Part shown: piece by piece, positions 8,940-18,199 of the stretch
Position numbering within the stretch: the stretch's first letter is position 1
Layout of the letters: every line of letters begins with the position of its first letter
Assembly (NCBI GenBank): GCA_045046875.1
Contig: JASFYY010000092.1
Span: 1 to 39,434 of the forward strand
Direction: 5' to 3'
DNA: 39,434 nucleotides
Source of the DNA: Verrucomicrobiota bacterium
GTDB lineage: Bacteria; Verrucomicrobiota; Verrucomicrobiia; Verrucomicrobiales; DEV007
Translations under genes and position numbers: made by a program
The notes under the pieces: model-generated
The model's database searches: none
The model's input: the letters and a program-made list of their open reading frames with translations, nothing else
Told to the model about the DNA's origin: nothing

Positions 8940-10168
8940 ATTCAATCTCTAACTCAACCCCCAAAGACAAAATGAAAAACACACCCATGAAAAACCCTCT
9001 TATTCAAAACATTCCTGCACTTACCCGTCGTCGTTGGTTGGGACAGTCCGCAGTGCTTGGTTCCGGATGGTTGTTTGGTATTCAATCAGGGAAGGCTGCT
9101 GCTCCGAAGGCAAGTATCCTAGAGATCAAAACGATCTCCAAGCAGCCGGAATTTTATAATGGCTGGCCGACGGTGGCCCGGCGAAAAAACGGACAACTGG
9201 TGGTGACCTGGTCGGGTGGTCGGGTGGGCCATGTTTGTCCTTTTGGTAGGGTGGAGATGATGACATCCCATGATGATGGCAAAACTTGGAATTGGCCGAG
9301 AGTATTGCTGGATACTGACATTGATGACCGGGATTCGGGAGTGATGGAGACGGCAACGGGAACCATGATTGTCACGACGTTCACCTCATTGGCATATTTG
9401 AGAGGGGATGCTTATAAGAAAAAACCATCCTGGATGGCAGCTCATGCGCGGATTCAAGATGATAAAGTTCGCGAAGCGCAGCTCGGGGAGTGGGCGATTC
9501 GATCGACTGACGGAGGGCTGTCGTGGTCCAAGCCTATTGATACGATTGTGAATTCGCCTCACGGTCCTACCCAGCTAGCAGACGGACGTTTGCTCTATGT
9601 AGGTAAGCAGTTGTGGAAAGGGCCAGTGGATTCCTGGTCGGAGAAGAAAAAAATCGGTGTGGCGGAATCTAGCGATGACGGTAAAACCTGGAAGTGGTTG
9701 GCAGATATTCCAAGTCGCCCCGGTGACAAGGTGAATGCTGCGTATCATGAATTGCACGCGGTCGAGGCGGCGGATGGCACCATTGTTGCCCAGATCCGCA
9801 ATCACAATAAAAACGGAGCTGGGGAAACTTTGCAGACGGAGTCTAAAGACGGGGGCAAAACCTGGTCGGTGCCGCATTCAATTGGAGTGTGGGGGTTGCC
9901 TTCATTTTTGACCCGCCTGAAGGATGATCGTTTGTTGATGACTTATGGTTATCGCCGTAAGCCTTTTGGCAATCAAGCACGGGTGAGCGATGATAATGGC
10001 AAAACCTGGTCGGATCCGATCACCATTTCTGATGATGGGGCTTCGGGAGATTTGGGTTATCCCTCAACGGTGCAGCTGGACGATGGAAGTCTAGTGACCG
10101 TTTGGTATGAAAAGATGAAGGAATCGCCCAATGCGGTGTTGCGTCAGGCTCACTGGAAGCTGGAGTGA
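8936..10168 (+). CDS. Tat-exported BNR/Asp-box sialidase-fold protein
   Basis: TRRRWL twin-arginine signal; five Asp boxes (SHDDGKTW, STDGGLSW, SSDDGKTW, SKDGGKTW, SDDNGKTW); DLGYP. True start may be a later ATG. Confidence 0.8.
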   Translation: MNSISNSTPKDKMKNTPMKNPLIQNIPALTRRRWLGQSAVLGSGWLFGIQSGKAAAPKASILEIKTISKQPEFYNGWPTVARRKNGQLVVTWSGGRVGHVCPFGRVEMMTSHDDGKTWNWPRVLLDTDIDDRDSGVMETATGTMIVTTFTSLAYLRGDAYKKKPSWMAAHARIQDDKVREAQLGEWAIRSTDGGLSWSKPIDTIVNSPHGPTQLADGRLLYVGKQLWKGPVDSWSEKKKIGVAESSDDGKTWKWLADIPSRPGDKVNAAYHELHAVEAADGTIVAQIRNHNKNGAGETLQTESKDGGKTWSVPHSIGVWGLPSFLTRLKDDRLLMTYGYRRKPFGNQARVSDDNGKTWSDPITISDDGASGDLGYPSTVQLDDGSLVTVWYEKMKESPNAVLRQAHWKLE

Positions 10169-10250
10169 AGCGCTTGAGTTGAGCGTGATGCAAAGGGGAG
10201 CAGGCGGAGTTTGTCAAGAATTGTTGCCTGACCCCATTTGGGGGTGGGGG

Positions 10251-11570
10251 TTATTTTTTGGGCAGATGGCGGTCTGCGAAGTCGAGGTATTGGGCCCAGT
10301 CGAAATCGGTGACGTCGTGTTTTCCGCTGCGGACGTGGTAGCGGATGAAGTCGCCGGTGGGCTGGTCGATGGGGGGGTGTTGCTCGGTGCCGAGGCCTTT
10401 TTTGCCGAACAGGGCGTAAACGGGTTCGGCGTATTTGCCGGATAGAAATTCGCCTTTGGGGTCAGCCCATTGGTCTTCGGCGGCACTGGCGATGTAAACG
10501 GGACGTGGAGCGATCAGGGTGATGAGCTCGTGTTGATCGACCGGCAGGGCGTTTTCGTTGTCATTGTAATCGTTAAAGCGGTCATTGAACCAATGCGGGA
10601 AGGAGGTGTTGATGCGTTTCACTTTTTCGCCAAAACGACGGCGACTGAGGGCGGCCCCGCCGCAACCGGAGTCGTTGGATATGATGATGGCAAAACGTTG
10701 ATCCTGGGCTCCGGCCCAGAGTGAGGTTTTGCCGAGGCGGGAGTGGCCGATCACGGCGATTTTTCTGGCGTCGATGTCCTGATCCGTCTCGAAGTAGTCA
10801 AGCGCGCGGCTCAAGCCCCAGGACCAGGCTCCGATCGATCCCCATTCGTTGGGCGCGGGTTTTGTCTGTCCGTCGCGGTAAAAGAGTGGTTGGATGCCGT
10901 TTTTGAAATCGTCGTCAAAATCTGGATCGATGTCGCCGTAGTAGACGGTGGCCAGAGCGTAACCGCGATCAATGATGGTTTCCACCGGCCAGCGGCTGGA
11001 ACTGCTGCCGCGTGATTTTTCTGTGGCTTGATGATCTACCACCAGGCCGTCTTTTTTGGGGCGCATCCATGATCGGGAAAGGGTGATGCGGGGATCCGCG
11101 AGGATGGTGTGATTGCCACCAAAATTGAGTCCGATGAAAGCTGGCACAGGTTTGTTTTTTGTTTTGGGGACGATCAGCAGGATGTCCATCTTGGGGCCGT
11201 TTTTTTTGCCATTGAACAGCACACGGATTTCTTTCATGCTGGCTTTGCCATTGAGAAAGTCGGGCACGGTTTTCAGAACCTGGTAAGTCAATTCTTTGGG
11301 CAAGCCGTCCGGGGCGTGGCCGTAAACGTGTTCTCTGAATAGGTTGAGGATCTCGCCGCGACGCCGAGCGCTCCACTGATGGGAGGAGGTCACGGGGGTG
11401 CCGTCGCTCATTACGAGTGGGTTGGGTAGGGTGAATTTGGGCACTTTCGTTTCGTCGATGTTGGCGTCTTTGGGAATGGCGAAGAGGGGATTTGCATGCA
11501 ATAATGACAGTAAAAATAGGGTGCAAGTATTTAGTAGAGAGCGGGTAAGGATTTTTTGTGGTATTTTCAT
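10251..11570 (-). CDS. CE15 carbohydrate esterase (glucuronoyl esterase-like)
   Basis: GHSRLGK nucleophile motif, SGCGG, LPVDQH, IAPRP, WADPKGE, GKHDV; signal peptide. Confidence 0.88.
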   Translation of the reverse strand: MKIPQKILTRSLLNTCTLFLLSLLHANPLFAIPKDANIDETKVPKFTLPNPLVMSDGTPVTSSHQWSARRRGEILNLFREHVYGHAPDGLPKELTYQVLKTVPDFLNGKASMKEIRVLFNGKKNGPKMDILLIVPKTKNKPVPAFIGLNFGGNHTILADPRITLSRSWMRPKKDGLVVDHQATEKSRGSSSSRWPVETIIDRGYALATVYYGDIDPDFDDDFKNGIQPLFYRDGQTKPAPNEWGSIGAWSWGLSRALDYFETDQDIDARKIAVIGHSRLGKTSLWAGAQDQRFAIIISNDSGCGGAALSRRRFGEKVKRINTSFPHWFNDRFNDYNDNENALPVDQHELITLIAPRPVYIASAAEDQWADPKGEFLSGKYAEPVYALFGKKGLGTEQHPPIDQPTGDFIRYHVRSGKHDVTDFDWAQYLDFADRHLPKK

Positions 11571-11591
11571 AGAGTGGTGTGCGTGACTTGC

Positions 11592-12200
11592 TTAATAATT
11601 ACCATCAGCATTGGTGCCGGGCAAGGGTTTGCCGTGTTCTTTGATCTGGCGTACGCCTTCGAGGATGTAGTGCAGGGCTGAGAGCGCGGTGAAAAATCCG
11701 GCGAGGTAGAGCAGGATCATCGGCGGGTCGCTGTCGCTACGGAAGTCGAGCATCAACCAGACGATGGCGGTCAATTGCAATACGGTGCAGGATTTGCTGA
11801 TCCAGTGCGGTTTGATCGGGACTTTGCCGTTGATGCGATGAAGGATGGCGATGCCGTTGAGAATGATGAACTCGCGGATGAATACAAAGACTGTGAACCA
11901 GATGGGGAAACTGACCGGCCAGCGAGCAAAGCTCAAGGTGAACACGGCGGCGAGCATCAGGGCTTTGTCGGCGAGAGGGTCGAGCAGGATGCCTAGTCGG
12001 CTGACTTGATTATAGTGACGGGCGACATAACCATCGAGTCCGTCGCTGAGGGCTGCGATAGCAAAAGCGAGCAGGGCGGCGTAGCGCCAGTTGATATTAG
12101 GGTTCCCAGATTGCACGCTTGTACCATACAAAAAGGCAAAAGTCACAAACACCGGAATCAGGGAGATCCGGCTGATGGTGATTTTGTTGGCGGTGGTCAT
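11592..12200 (-). CDS. pgsA: CDP-alcohol phosphatidyltransferase (PgsA-like)
   Basis: ANKITISR and DGLDGYVAR...G..LDPLADK signature; multiple TM helices. Confidence 0.85.
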   Translation of the reverse strand: MTTANKITISRISLIPVFVTFAFLYGTSVQSGNPNINWRYAALLAFAIAALSDGLDGYVARHYNQVSRLGILLDPLADKALMLAAVFTLSFARWPVSFPIWFTVFVFIREFIILNGIAILHRINGKVPIKPHWISKSCTVLQLTAIVWLMLDFRSDSDPPMILLYLAGFFTALSALHYILEGVRQIKEHGKPLPGTNADGNY

Positions 12201-12287
12201 GTGGGTGAAGAATTCAGGAGAAAGGATTCAGGCTACAGAATGTATTTTATTGCTGAAGCCTTGCAATATAAGAGTAAGGTGAATGAA

Positions 12288-12764
12288 ATGTCTGAGCAAG
12301 CTAAAGTGGGCGATGCCGCCCCGAATTTCACGGCGCCTGTAGTGGGTGGAGAATATGGGGATGATGCGCAAATTTCTCTACAGGATTTGCGTGGTCAGAA
12401 GGTGGTATTGTATTTTTATCCCAAGGACGATACGCCGGGCTGCACCAAGCAGGCATGTGCTTTGCGAGATTCCTGGGACGAGGTGTCAAAGTTGGCACGG
12501 GTATTCGGAGTGAGCATCGATTCGGTGAAGCGTCATCGTAAATTTATCGATAAATACGAACTGCCGTTTCCTTTGATCAGTGATGAAAACAAGGAAGTGG
12601 TGGAGGCCTATGGGGTGTGGGTGCAGAAAAAGCTCTACGGTAGGGAATACATGGGCACTGAGCGCACGACTTTTGTGATCGACGAAAAGGGCGTGGTGGT
12701 GGAAGTTTTTCGGAAAGTGAAACCGCTTGAGCATCTGGACCAGTTATTGAGTGCATTGTCATGA
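12288..12764 (+). CDS. bcp: Thioredoxin-dependent peroxiredoxin Bcp
   Basis: YFYPKDDTPGCTKQAC and ERTTFVID; start moved to ATG 12288 (MSEQAKVG) because the longer ORF overlaps pgsA. Confidence 0.92.
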   Translation: MSEQAKVGDAAPNFTAPVVGGEYGDDAQISLQDLRGQKVVLYFYPKDDTPGCTKQACALRDSWDEVSKLARVFGVSIDSVKRHRKFIDKYELPFPLISDENKEVVEAYGVWVQKKLYGREYMGTERTTFVIDEKGVVVEVFRKVKPLEHLDQLLSALS

Positions 12765-14131
12765 GCGAAGGGGGGATAAAAAAACTGCTGTCCGGTATTG
12801 AGGTGGTTCCGAGTCGGGAGTTGGGGCAGAATTTTTTGATCGATGTCACGTTTTCCAAATGGATCGTGGATCAATTGGATCCACAACCGGAGGATGTGAT
12901 CGTCGAGGTGGGGCCGGGCACCGGGGCTCTTAGCCGCCACTTGGTCGGTAGCTGCCGCAAGTTGATTTTGATTGAGAAAGATCCACGCTTGGCGAGGTAT
13001 TTGCGCAAAGAGTTTGCTGAGGGCATTGCTGCGGGTGAGGTGGATGTTCGCAATGAAGATGCGATCCATTTTGATAAACGCCCTTTGTTCATCGAGGGAC
13101 CGATCAAGTGGATTGGAAATTTGCCCTATTCGGCAGCGACACCGATCATGCGCAATTTTCTGGAGCAGCCAACGCCAGTAAGCCGGGCAGTGCTGATGTT
13201 GCAAAAAGAAGTGGCGCAGAGGATTGTTGCCGTGCCTAGCACCAAGGCTTATGGCAAACTCGGGTTGCGGGTACAGGCGGAATGGGAAGCAGAGTTGGTG
13301 AGGACAGCTGGCCCCGAACTTTTTCATCCTCAGCCAAAAGTGGATTCGTCGATCATTGTATTGAATGTGCGGCCGCCGGGAACTTTGCCTTATTTCAGCA
13401 AACGCATGTTCGATGAGTTGACCAACCGGGGGTTTGCCCAGCGGCGGAAGCTGTTGAAAAAGAATTTGGGGTTGAAGACGGATCAGTGGGCGGAGCTGGC
13501 AGCTGCATTGCAGGTCAGTGAAAGCGCACGAGCGGAGGAGTTGACTTTGAAGCAGTGGGTTGATTTGACCAATGACTTGGATGATCATCCGGTTTTGGAT
13601 CTGCCGGAGGATAGCAGTGGTGAGATGTTTGATGTGGTGGATGAGCAAGACAAGGTGGTGAAGCAGGCCGCTCGCGCGGAGGTGCATGAAAAAAATTGGC
13701 GTCACCGGGCCGTGCATATTTTTGTCAGCAACAAGTCGGGCGATCTGTATTTGCAGAAACGCTCCGCCTTAAAAGACCGTCATGCCGGGCAGTGGGATTC
13801 GAGTGCTGCGGGGCATTTGGATGCCGGGGAGGACTATGAAGCTGCCGCCAGAAGGGAATTGTTCGAGGAGTTGAACGTCAAAGCGCGAGCGGTTGACGGG
13901 GTGGAGGAGTTGAGCGAGGTGGCGAGGATAGAGGCGTGCGAAGAAACGGGTTGGGAGTTTGTGCGATTGTACCAGTGTCAGATAAGTGGAAAGATCCGCA
14001 CCCATGGCAGGGAGATAGAGTGCGGGGCTTATTTTCCGATGGACTTGTTGCGCTTATGGATCGAACGACGACCACAGGATTTTGCCCCGGGGTTCATCGA
14101 GTGTTTTCGGCAATACGAGGCGGTGGTGTGA
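12761..14131 (+). CDS. rsmA: 16S rRNA dimethyladenosine transferase RsmA/KsgA fused to a C-terminal Nudix (IDI/YfcD-like) domain
   Basis: LGQNFL, EVGPGTG, GNLPY, MLQKEVA, PKVDS, QRRK, RAEEL; then HRAVHIF and Nudix box GHLDAGEDYEAAARRELFEEL; ATGA overlap with bcp. Confidence 0.92.
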   Translation: MSEGGIKKLLSGIEVVPSRELGQNFLIDVTFSKWIVDQLDPQPEDVIVEVGPGTGALSRHLVGSCRKLILIEKDPRLARYLRKEFAEGIAAGEVDVRNEDAIHFDKRPLFIEGPIKWIGNLPYSAATPIMRNFLEQPTPVSRAVLMLQKEVAQRIVAVPSTKAYGKLGLRVQAEWEAELVRTAGPELFHPQPKVDSSIIVLNVRPPGTLPYFSKRMFDELTNRGFAQRRKLLKKNLGLKTDQWAELAAALQVSESARAEELTLKQWVDLTNDLDDHPVLDLPEDSSGEMFDVVDEQDKVVKQAARAEVHEKNWRHRAVHIFVSNKSGDLYLQKRSALKDRHAGQWDSSAAGHLDAGEDYEAAARRELFEELNVKARAVDGVEELSEVARIEACEETGWEFVRLYQCQISGKIRTHGREIECGAYFPMDLLRLWIERRPQDFAPGFIECFRQYEAVV

Positions 14132-14166
14132 AAGCTCAAGGGGGCTATCGCAGTGAGGGAAATTTC

Positions 14167-15867
14167 ATGAAGAAGATCATCTTAAATAGTCTTATTTTTG
14201 GGGCTACCTTTTTTCTAGCTATCTTTTCTTCAGCTGTGGAGATATCTCTTGAGGGAGACAACTGGCAGGTGGAGGCAAAGGCCTACCGTATCCGTTCGCA
14301 GAAAGGTTATTTGAACAGCCTGGAGGTAGACGGAGTCGAGTTTTTGGCACAGGAGAAAGTTCCGGCAGGTAGTTATTTGGCGCAAGGGGGGATGCCTGCT
14401 TTGACGGGACTGAAAAAGGTCGGAGAGGCGGCTTTGGCGGGCAGTAATGAATTGGGAAAGGTGAATTATCAATTCAGTGAGCAGGAGATAGTTTGCACCT
14501 ATCATAACACCTCTGATAAGTCGGCGGTGTATTATTTTATCATAAATCAAGCAGTGAGCACTGTTATTGCCAATAACGCTGAGATGCTGGAGTTGCCGGC
14601 TAAAACGGATGGACGCACATTCAAGTGGATCCAAGGGGATCGCTCGCTTGAATTCCAAGCCGAATCGAGTATCTGGGGGCCGTGGAAAGAGCATCAGGTT
14701 TTTCAAATCAGAATTGCTGCTGGCGAAAGTGGAGAAATAAAGATAGTGCCGGGGGCGGTGCTGGATACCGATAGTTTCAATCGGCTTAAGGGGGTAAGCA
14801 GGGAGAAGGTCACGCAGTTTGACTACCGCGCCAGCGAGCAGAGCAAGCAGATTCCACTTTGCATGATCGGTGACAGTATCACTTGGGCGGGCAAGGGGGA
14901 TCATTGGCGAAAGTCCTTGTTAGAGCTTTTACCTAATCTGGCCTTCATTGGTAATCACAGCGCGGTGTTGGGTTACAGTCATGCCGGGGAGGGAGGGGAT
15001 GGAACGAGAAGTGTATTGGCGAGGATCACAAGCCTGCCGGATTGTCCTAATTATAGTTTATTGATCGGCACGAATAATAACGGAGTTAAAGAAGCTGGTG
15101 AGCTTCAGATGCGGGCAAAACAGACGGCGGAGGATATCATTAAGATCGTCAAACAGTTGCTGCAGAAGGAAAAGACGGAGAAAGTGTTTTTATCTTCGAT
15201 CTTGCCTTGTTTCACCAAAAATCCGCTGAGGGATCAATGCAATAGTGAAAGTAATCGCATACTGCGTGAGCAATTCAAAACCGCTTTTCCTTCGGGTAAG
15301 GTGATCTGGGTGGAGTATGAAAAGCCGATCCGGGAGATCGATGGCTGGGAGGAAAAAATCAAACTGCATCCTACTCCGGAAGGTTATGGTATCATGGCTG
15401 GAATACTGGCAAAAACAATCAAGGTAGAATTGCCAGACAAAGGTAAGCAGCAAGTTGAGGTTGATAACTCAGGGGTGCAGGTGCTTAATCTGATTGATAA
15501 AGATCGGAACACTGATGGAGATCTTGTAGCTGGTTGGTACACGCTTTCATTCAAAGTGGATTCGGTTCAAGGGGCGGGAGCGAAGGTTGTATTGCGAGGT
15601 AATCGAGAGCAGGCTCAATTTCCTTTCGAGCTGAGCGTCGATGTGTCTGTCGCTGATAAAAAGGTCAGTCATAATTTTTTTACTCAATATGAAAGATACA
15701 ATTACACTCGCACGGCAATGTTACTAGAAGCCCTAGGCTGTGAGATATCAGAGGTGTTGTTGGAAAAAACCGGGCCTTCGATGAAAGCGTCGCTTTATGG
15801 CGAAGGCAGTTATATTGACAGCCATTCTGCCATCATGCCTGGGGAGTTGATCGAATACAAAAAGTAA
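14167..15867 (+). CDS. Secreted multidomain SGNH/GDSL hydrolase
   Basis: Start at ATG 14167 (MKKIILN, signal peptide); blocks IGDSIT, GEGG, IGTNN, LHP; beta-rich flanking domains. Confidence 0.75.
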   Translation: MKKIILNSLIFGATFFLAIFSSAVEISLEGDNWQVEAKAYRIRSQKGYLNSLEVDGVEFLAQEKVPAGSYLAQGGMPALTGLKKVGEAALAGSNELGKVNYQFSEQEIVCTYHNTSDKSAVYYFIINQAVSTVIANNAEMLELPAKTDGRTFKWIQGDRSLEFQAESSIWGPWKEHQVFQIRIAAGESGEIKIVPGAVLDTDSFNRLKGVSREKVTQFDYRASEQSKQIPLCMIGDSITWAGKGDHWRKSLLELLPNLAFIGNHSAVLGYSHAGEGGDGTRSVLARITSLPDCPNYSLLIGTNNNGVKEAGELQMRAKQTAEDIIKIVKQLLQKEKTEKVFLSSILPCFTKNPLRDQCNSESNRILREQFKTAFPSGKVIWVEYEKPIREIDGWEEKIKLHPTPEGYGIMAGILAKTIKVELPDKGKQQVEVDNSGVQVLNLIDKDRNTDGDLVAGWYTLSFKVDSVQGAGAKVVLRGNREQAQFPFELSVDVSVADKKVSHNFFTQYERYNYTRTAMLLEALGCEISEVLLEKTGPSMKASLYGEGSYIDSHSAIMPGELIEYKK

Positions 15868-15869
15868 AA

Positions 15870-17261
15870 TTATTGATCCGAAGCAAGAGCGTCGCGATCA
15901 CTGGCAGCAAGTGAAACGAGTTTTTTGCGTAGTTCAGTAAGCTTGCTGGGTTCTGAGTCAGCGAGATTGTTTTTTTCGTTGGGGTCAGTGGCGATATTAA
16001 AGAGTTCGACTTTGTTTTCGCTGCCGTTTTTGGCGAGAAACAGGATCAATTTCCAGTCACCGTCGCGCAGGGCTTGGGAGCGGAAGCTGGTGCCGGCGGA
16101 GTAGAGGCTGCGTGCAGGTAAGCTGCCTTTGCCAGACAGCAGTGGCCAGAGATTGGTGCCGTCCCACTTTAGTTTGGACTGGTCGGCAGGGTAACCTGCC
16201 AGTGCGCAGAAAGTCGGCATCCAGTCGACGATGTGAACGGGTGTTTCGCTGGAGCTGCCGGCGGCAATTTTTCCGGGCCAACGAACAATCGTGGGAACGC
16301 GGGTGCCGCCTTCGTAGAGGTCACCCTTTTTACCGCGCAGGGGCAGGTTGTTGCCGGTTAGAGCTCCATTGGGGCAGTCGTCTTTGATGTTGGGATATTT
16401 GGTGTCGTTGTTTTCAGCCGTGGAGCCTCCGTTGTCACTGGTGAAGATGATGAGAGTGTTGTCCTTTTTACCGGATTTTTCGACTGCTGCCATAATTTGC
16501 CCCACCGCGTCGTCGAGGTGGAGAATGCAGGCGGCGTAGTGACGCGCCACTTCTCCGGTGATTTCCTTTGGCACCCGATCGAGCAGGGTTTGAGGTTCGC
16601 GGATCGGAAGGTGGACGGCGGTGAGGGGGACGTAGAGGAAAAAGGGGGTATCATCTTTTTGTTTTCCAATCCAAGTGACGGCTTCTTTTGCGAGCAAGTC
16701 AGTGACGTGTCCTTGTTCGCTGAAGAGTTTTTCATTGCGATGCCAAGTGGTCGAGTAGGGGCCTTTTTTGTAAAAATGTGACCAGGGAGTGACCCCGCCC
16801 GCCATCGATCCGTAACTGTGGTCAAAACCAAAATGATTGGGACCCCATTCAGCCTTGGAGCCGAGATGCCACTTGCCGGTGATGCAGGTGTTATAAGCTG
16901 ATTTTTTGAGAGCTTTGGCGACCGTGACGGTGTCGAATGGTAGGGCTAGAGAATTGGTCGGGGTGGTGATGCCAAAGCGACTCCAGTAGCGACCGGTCAT
17001 GAAACCTGCCCGGGTAGGGCTGCAAACGGGAGCCACGTAATGTTGTCGCAGTTCCATGCCCTCGTCGAGTAACTGTTTGAGGTTGGGGGTGGGAACATTG
17101 CCACCGTGGAAATCGACATCCGCCCAGCCAAGGTCATCGGCGATGATGAAAACGATGTTGGGGCGTGCTGGGGTTGTGACTGTATCTTGACCTTGCGATT
17201 GGCTGTTGAGGAGAAAAAAGCCAGCTAACAGGGTGTAAAATAAATAGGATTGGAGTTTCAT
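15870..17261 (-). CDS. Arylsulfatase (S1 formylglycine-dependent)
   Basis: PNIVFIIADDLG, CSPTRAGFMTG, GKWHLG, SDNG, KGDLYEGG, DPNEKNNL; signal peptide. Confidence 0.95.
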   Translation of the reverse strand: MKLQSYLFYTLLAGFFLLNSQSQGQDTVTTPARPNIVFIIADDLGWADVDFHGGNVPTPNLKQLLDEGMELRQHYVAPVCSPTRAGFMTGRYWSRFGITTPTNSLALPFDTVTVAKALKKSAYNTCITGKWHLGSKAEWGPNHFGFDHSYGSMAGGVTPWSHFYKKGPYSTTWHRNEKLFSEQGHVTDLLAKEAVTWIGKQKDDTPFFLYVPLTAVHLPIREPQTLLDRVPKEITGEVARHYAACILHLDDAVGQIMAAVEKSGKKDNTLIIFTSDNGGSTAENNDTKYPNIKDDCPNGALTGNNLPLRGKKGDLYEGGTRVPTIVRWPGKIAAGSSSETPVHIVDWMPTFCALAGYPADQSKLKWDGTNLWPLLSGKGSLPARSLYSAGTSFRSQALRDGDWKLILFLAKNGSENKVELFNIATDPNEKNNLADSEPSKLTELRKKLVSLAASDRDALASDQ

Positions 17262-17284
17262 AGTATTGGGGAAATTGGGAGGAT

Positions 17285-18133
17285 TTAGTTTTTCAAGGTG
17301 GCTCGAACTTTGTCCGATGCTTTGTTTCTAGCGGCGTTGAGTGCTACTTTTTGCCATTGACCTTTAAAATCGGCTTCGAAACGCTCGATGGAATCTTCGG
17401 TGATTCGAAATAAGGTGCGAAGAGGTTGTGCTTTTGCAAAAGCAGATATTTCATAGGAACCGCCGGCTAGGATGATGATTTGAACCTTTGACGATTTCAT
17501 TCGCAACGGAGTGCTGATTGCCCAGGGGGTTTTCATCTTTGGGCTGAATTTCTGAATGTGTGGCAATGGTAGAATCAAATCCAAAGGGCGGATTTTTTTG
17601 GAGTTTTGAAAATCAGCATTGAGTAGGTAGGGATCTTGGGTGAAACCCGGATAGCGGGAGTGAGGGAGACCGAATAAATTCAATTGCACGCTTTCCCAAT
17701 CTTCATTATAGCGCGGACCGATGGCTGCGAGTTTGAAATCAAAGTCGCGGTTATAAACAAAAACAGGGAAATAATCTTCTTCGGCGGGTGACGGGGTGTT
17801 GTAACTATCGATATCAAGTTTGAACTTCTTAAAAAGAATGGCGGCGGTTTTTATGTAGTTATTTTTAAGCTTGGAGTTGTCGGTCTCGAATTTGAGTGTG
17901 AGGAAACCTGCGTGACCACAAAACATGGTGTGACCTGCAATGACGTAGTAGTTGAACTGTAATCCTGCTTCGGTTTTGATTTGTTTTAAGGAGCGTTGAC
18001 TCAAATCAGTGGTGAAATGGCTGTCGCCGGGAAAAAAATCGGTGGTAAAGGCGCTGGTTCGAATCGGTGATAATGTAAGGTAGGTGCAAAGCAGAATGAG
18101 ATAGAAGGAAATAGGGAGCATTGCTTGAGACAT
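17285..18133 (-). CDS. Secreted hypothetical protein
   Basis: 282-aa ORF with an N-terminal hydrophobic signal; no family recognised. Confidence 0.7.
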   Translation of the reverse strand: MSQAMLPISFYLILLCTYLTLSPIRTSAFTTDFFPGDSHFTTDLSQRSLKQIKTEAGLQFNYYVIAGHTMFCGHAGFLTLKFETDNSKLKNNYIKTAAILFKKFKLDIDSYNTPSPAEEDYFPVFVYNRDFDFKLAAIGPRYNEDWESVQLNLFGLPHSRYPGFTQDPYLLNADFQNSKKIRPLDLILPLPHIQKFSPKMKTPWAISTPLRMKSSKVQIIILAGGSYEISAFAKAQPLRTLFRITEDSIERFEADFKGQWQKVALNAARNKASDKVRATLKN

Positions 18134-18199
18134 TGATAAATTTCTTAGGAAAAGGCAATCACATAAAAGCCTTGCCAGCAGTGTGAATAGCTTGATTTT

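Noticed and set aside
12006..12287. N-terminal extension of Bcp in the ORF track
   Set aside because: Overlaps pgsA on the other strand; family similarity starts at ATG 12288.
12635..13717. 360-aa antisense ORF
   Set aside because: Shadow of rsmA on the opposite strand with no recognisable motifs.
13936..14166. N-terminal extension of the SGNH ORF
   Set aside because: Overlaps the rsmA-Nudix gene; the signal peptide begins at ATG 14167.
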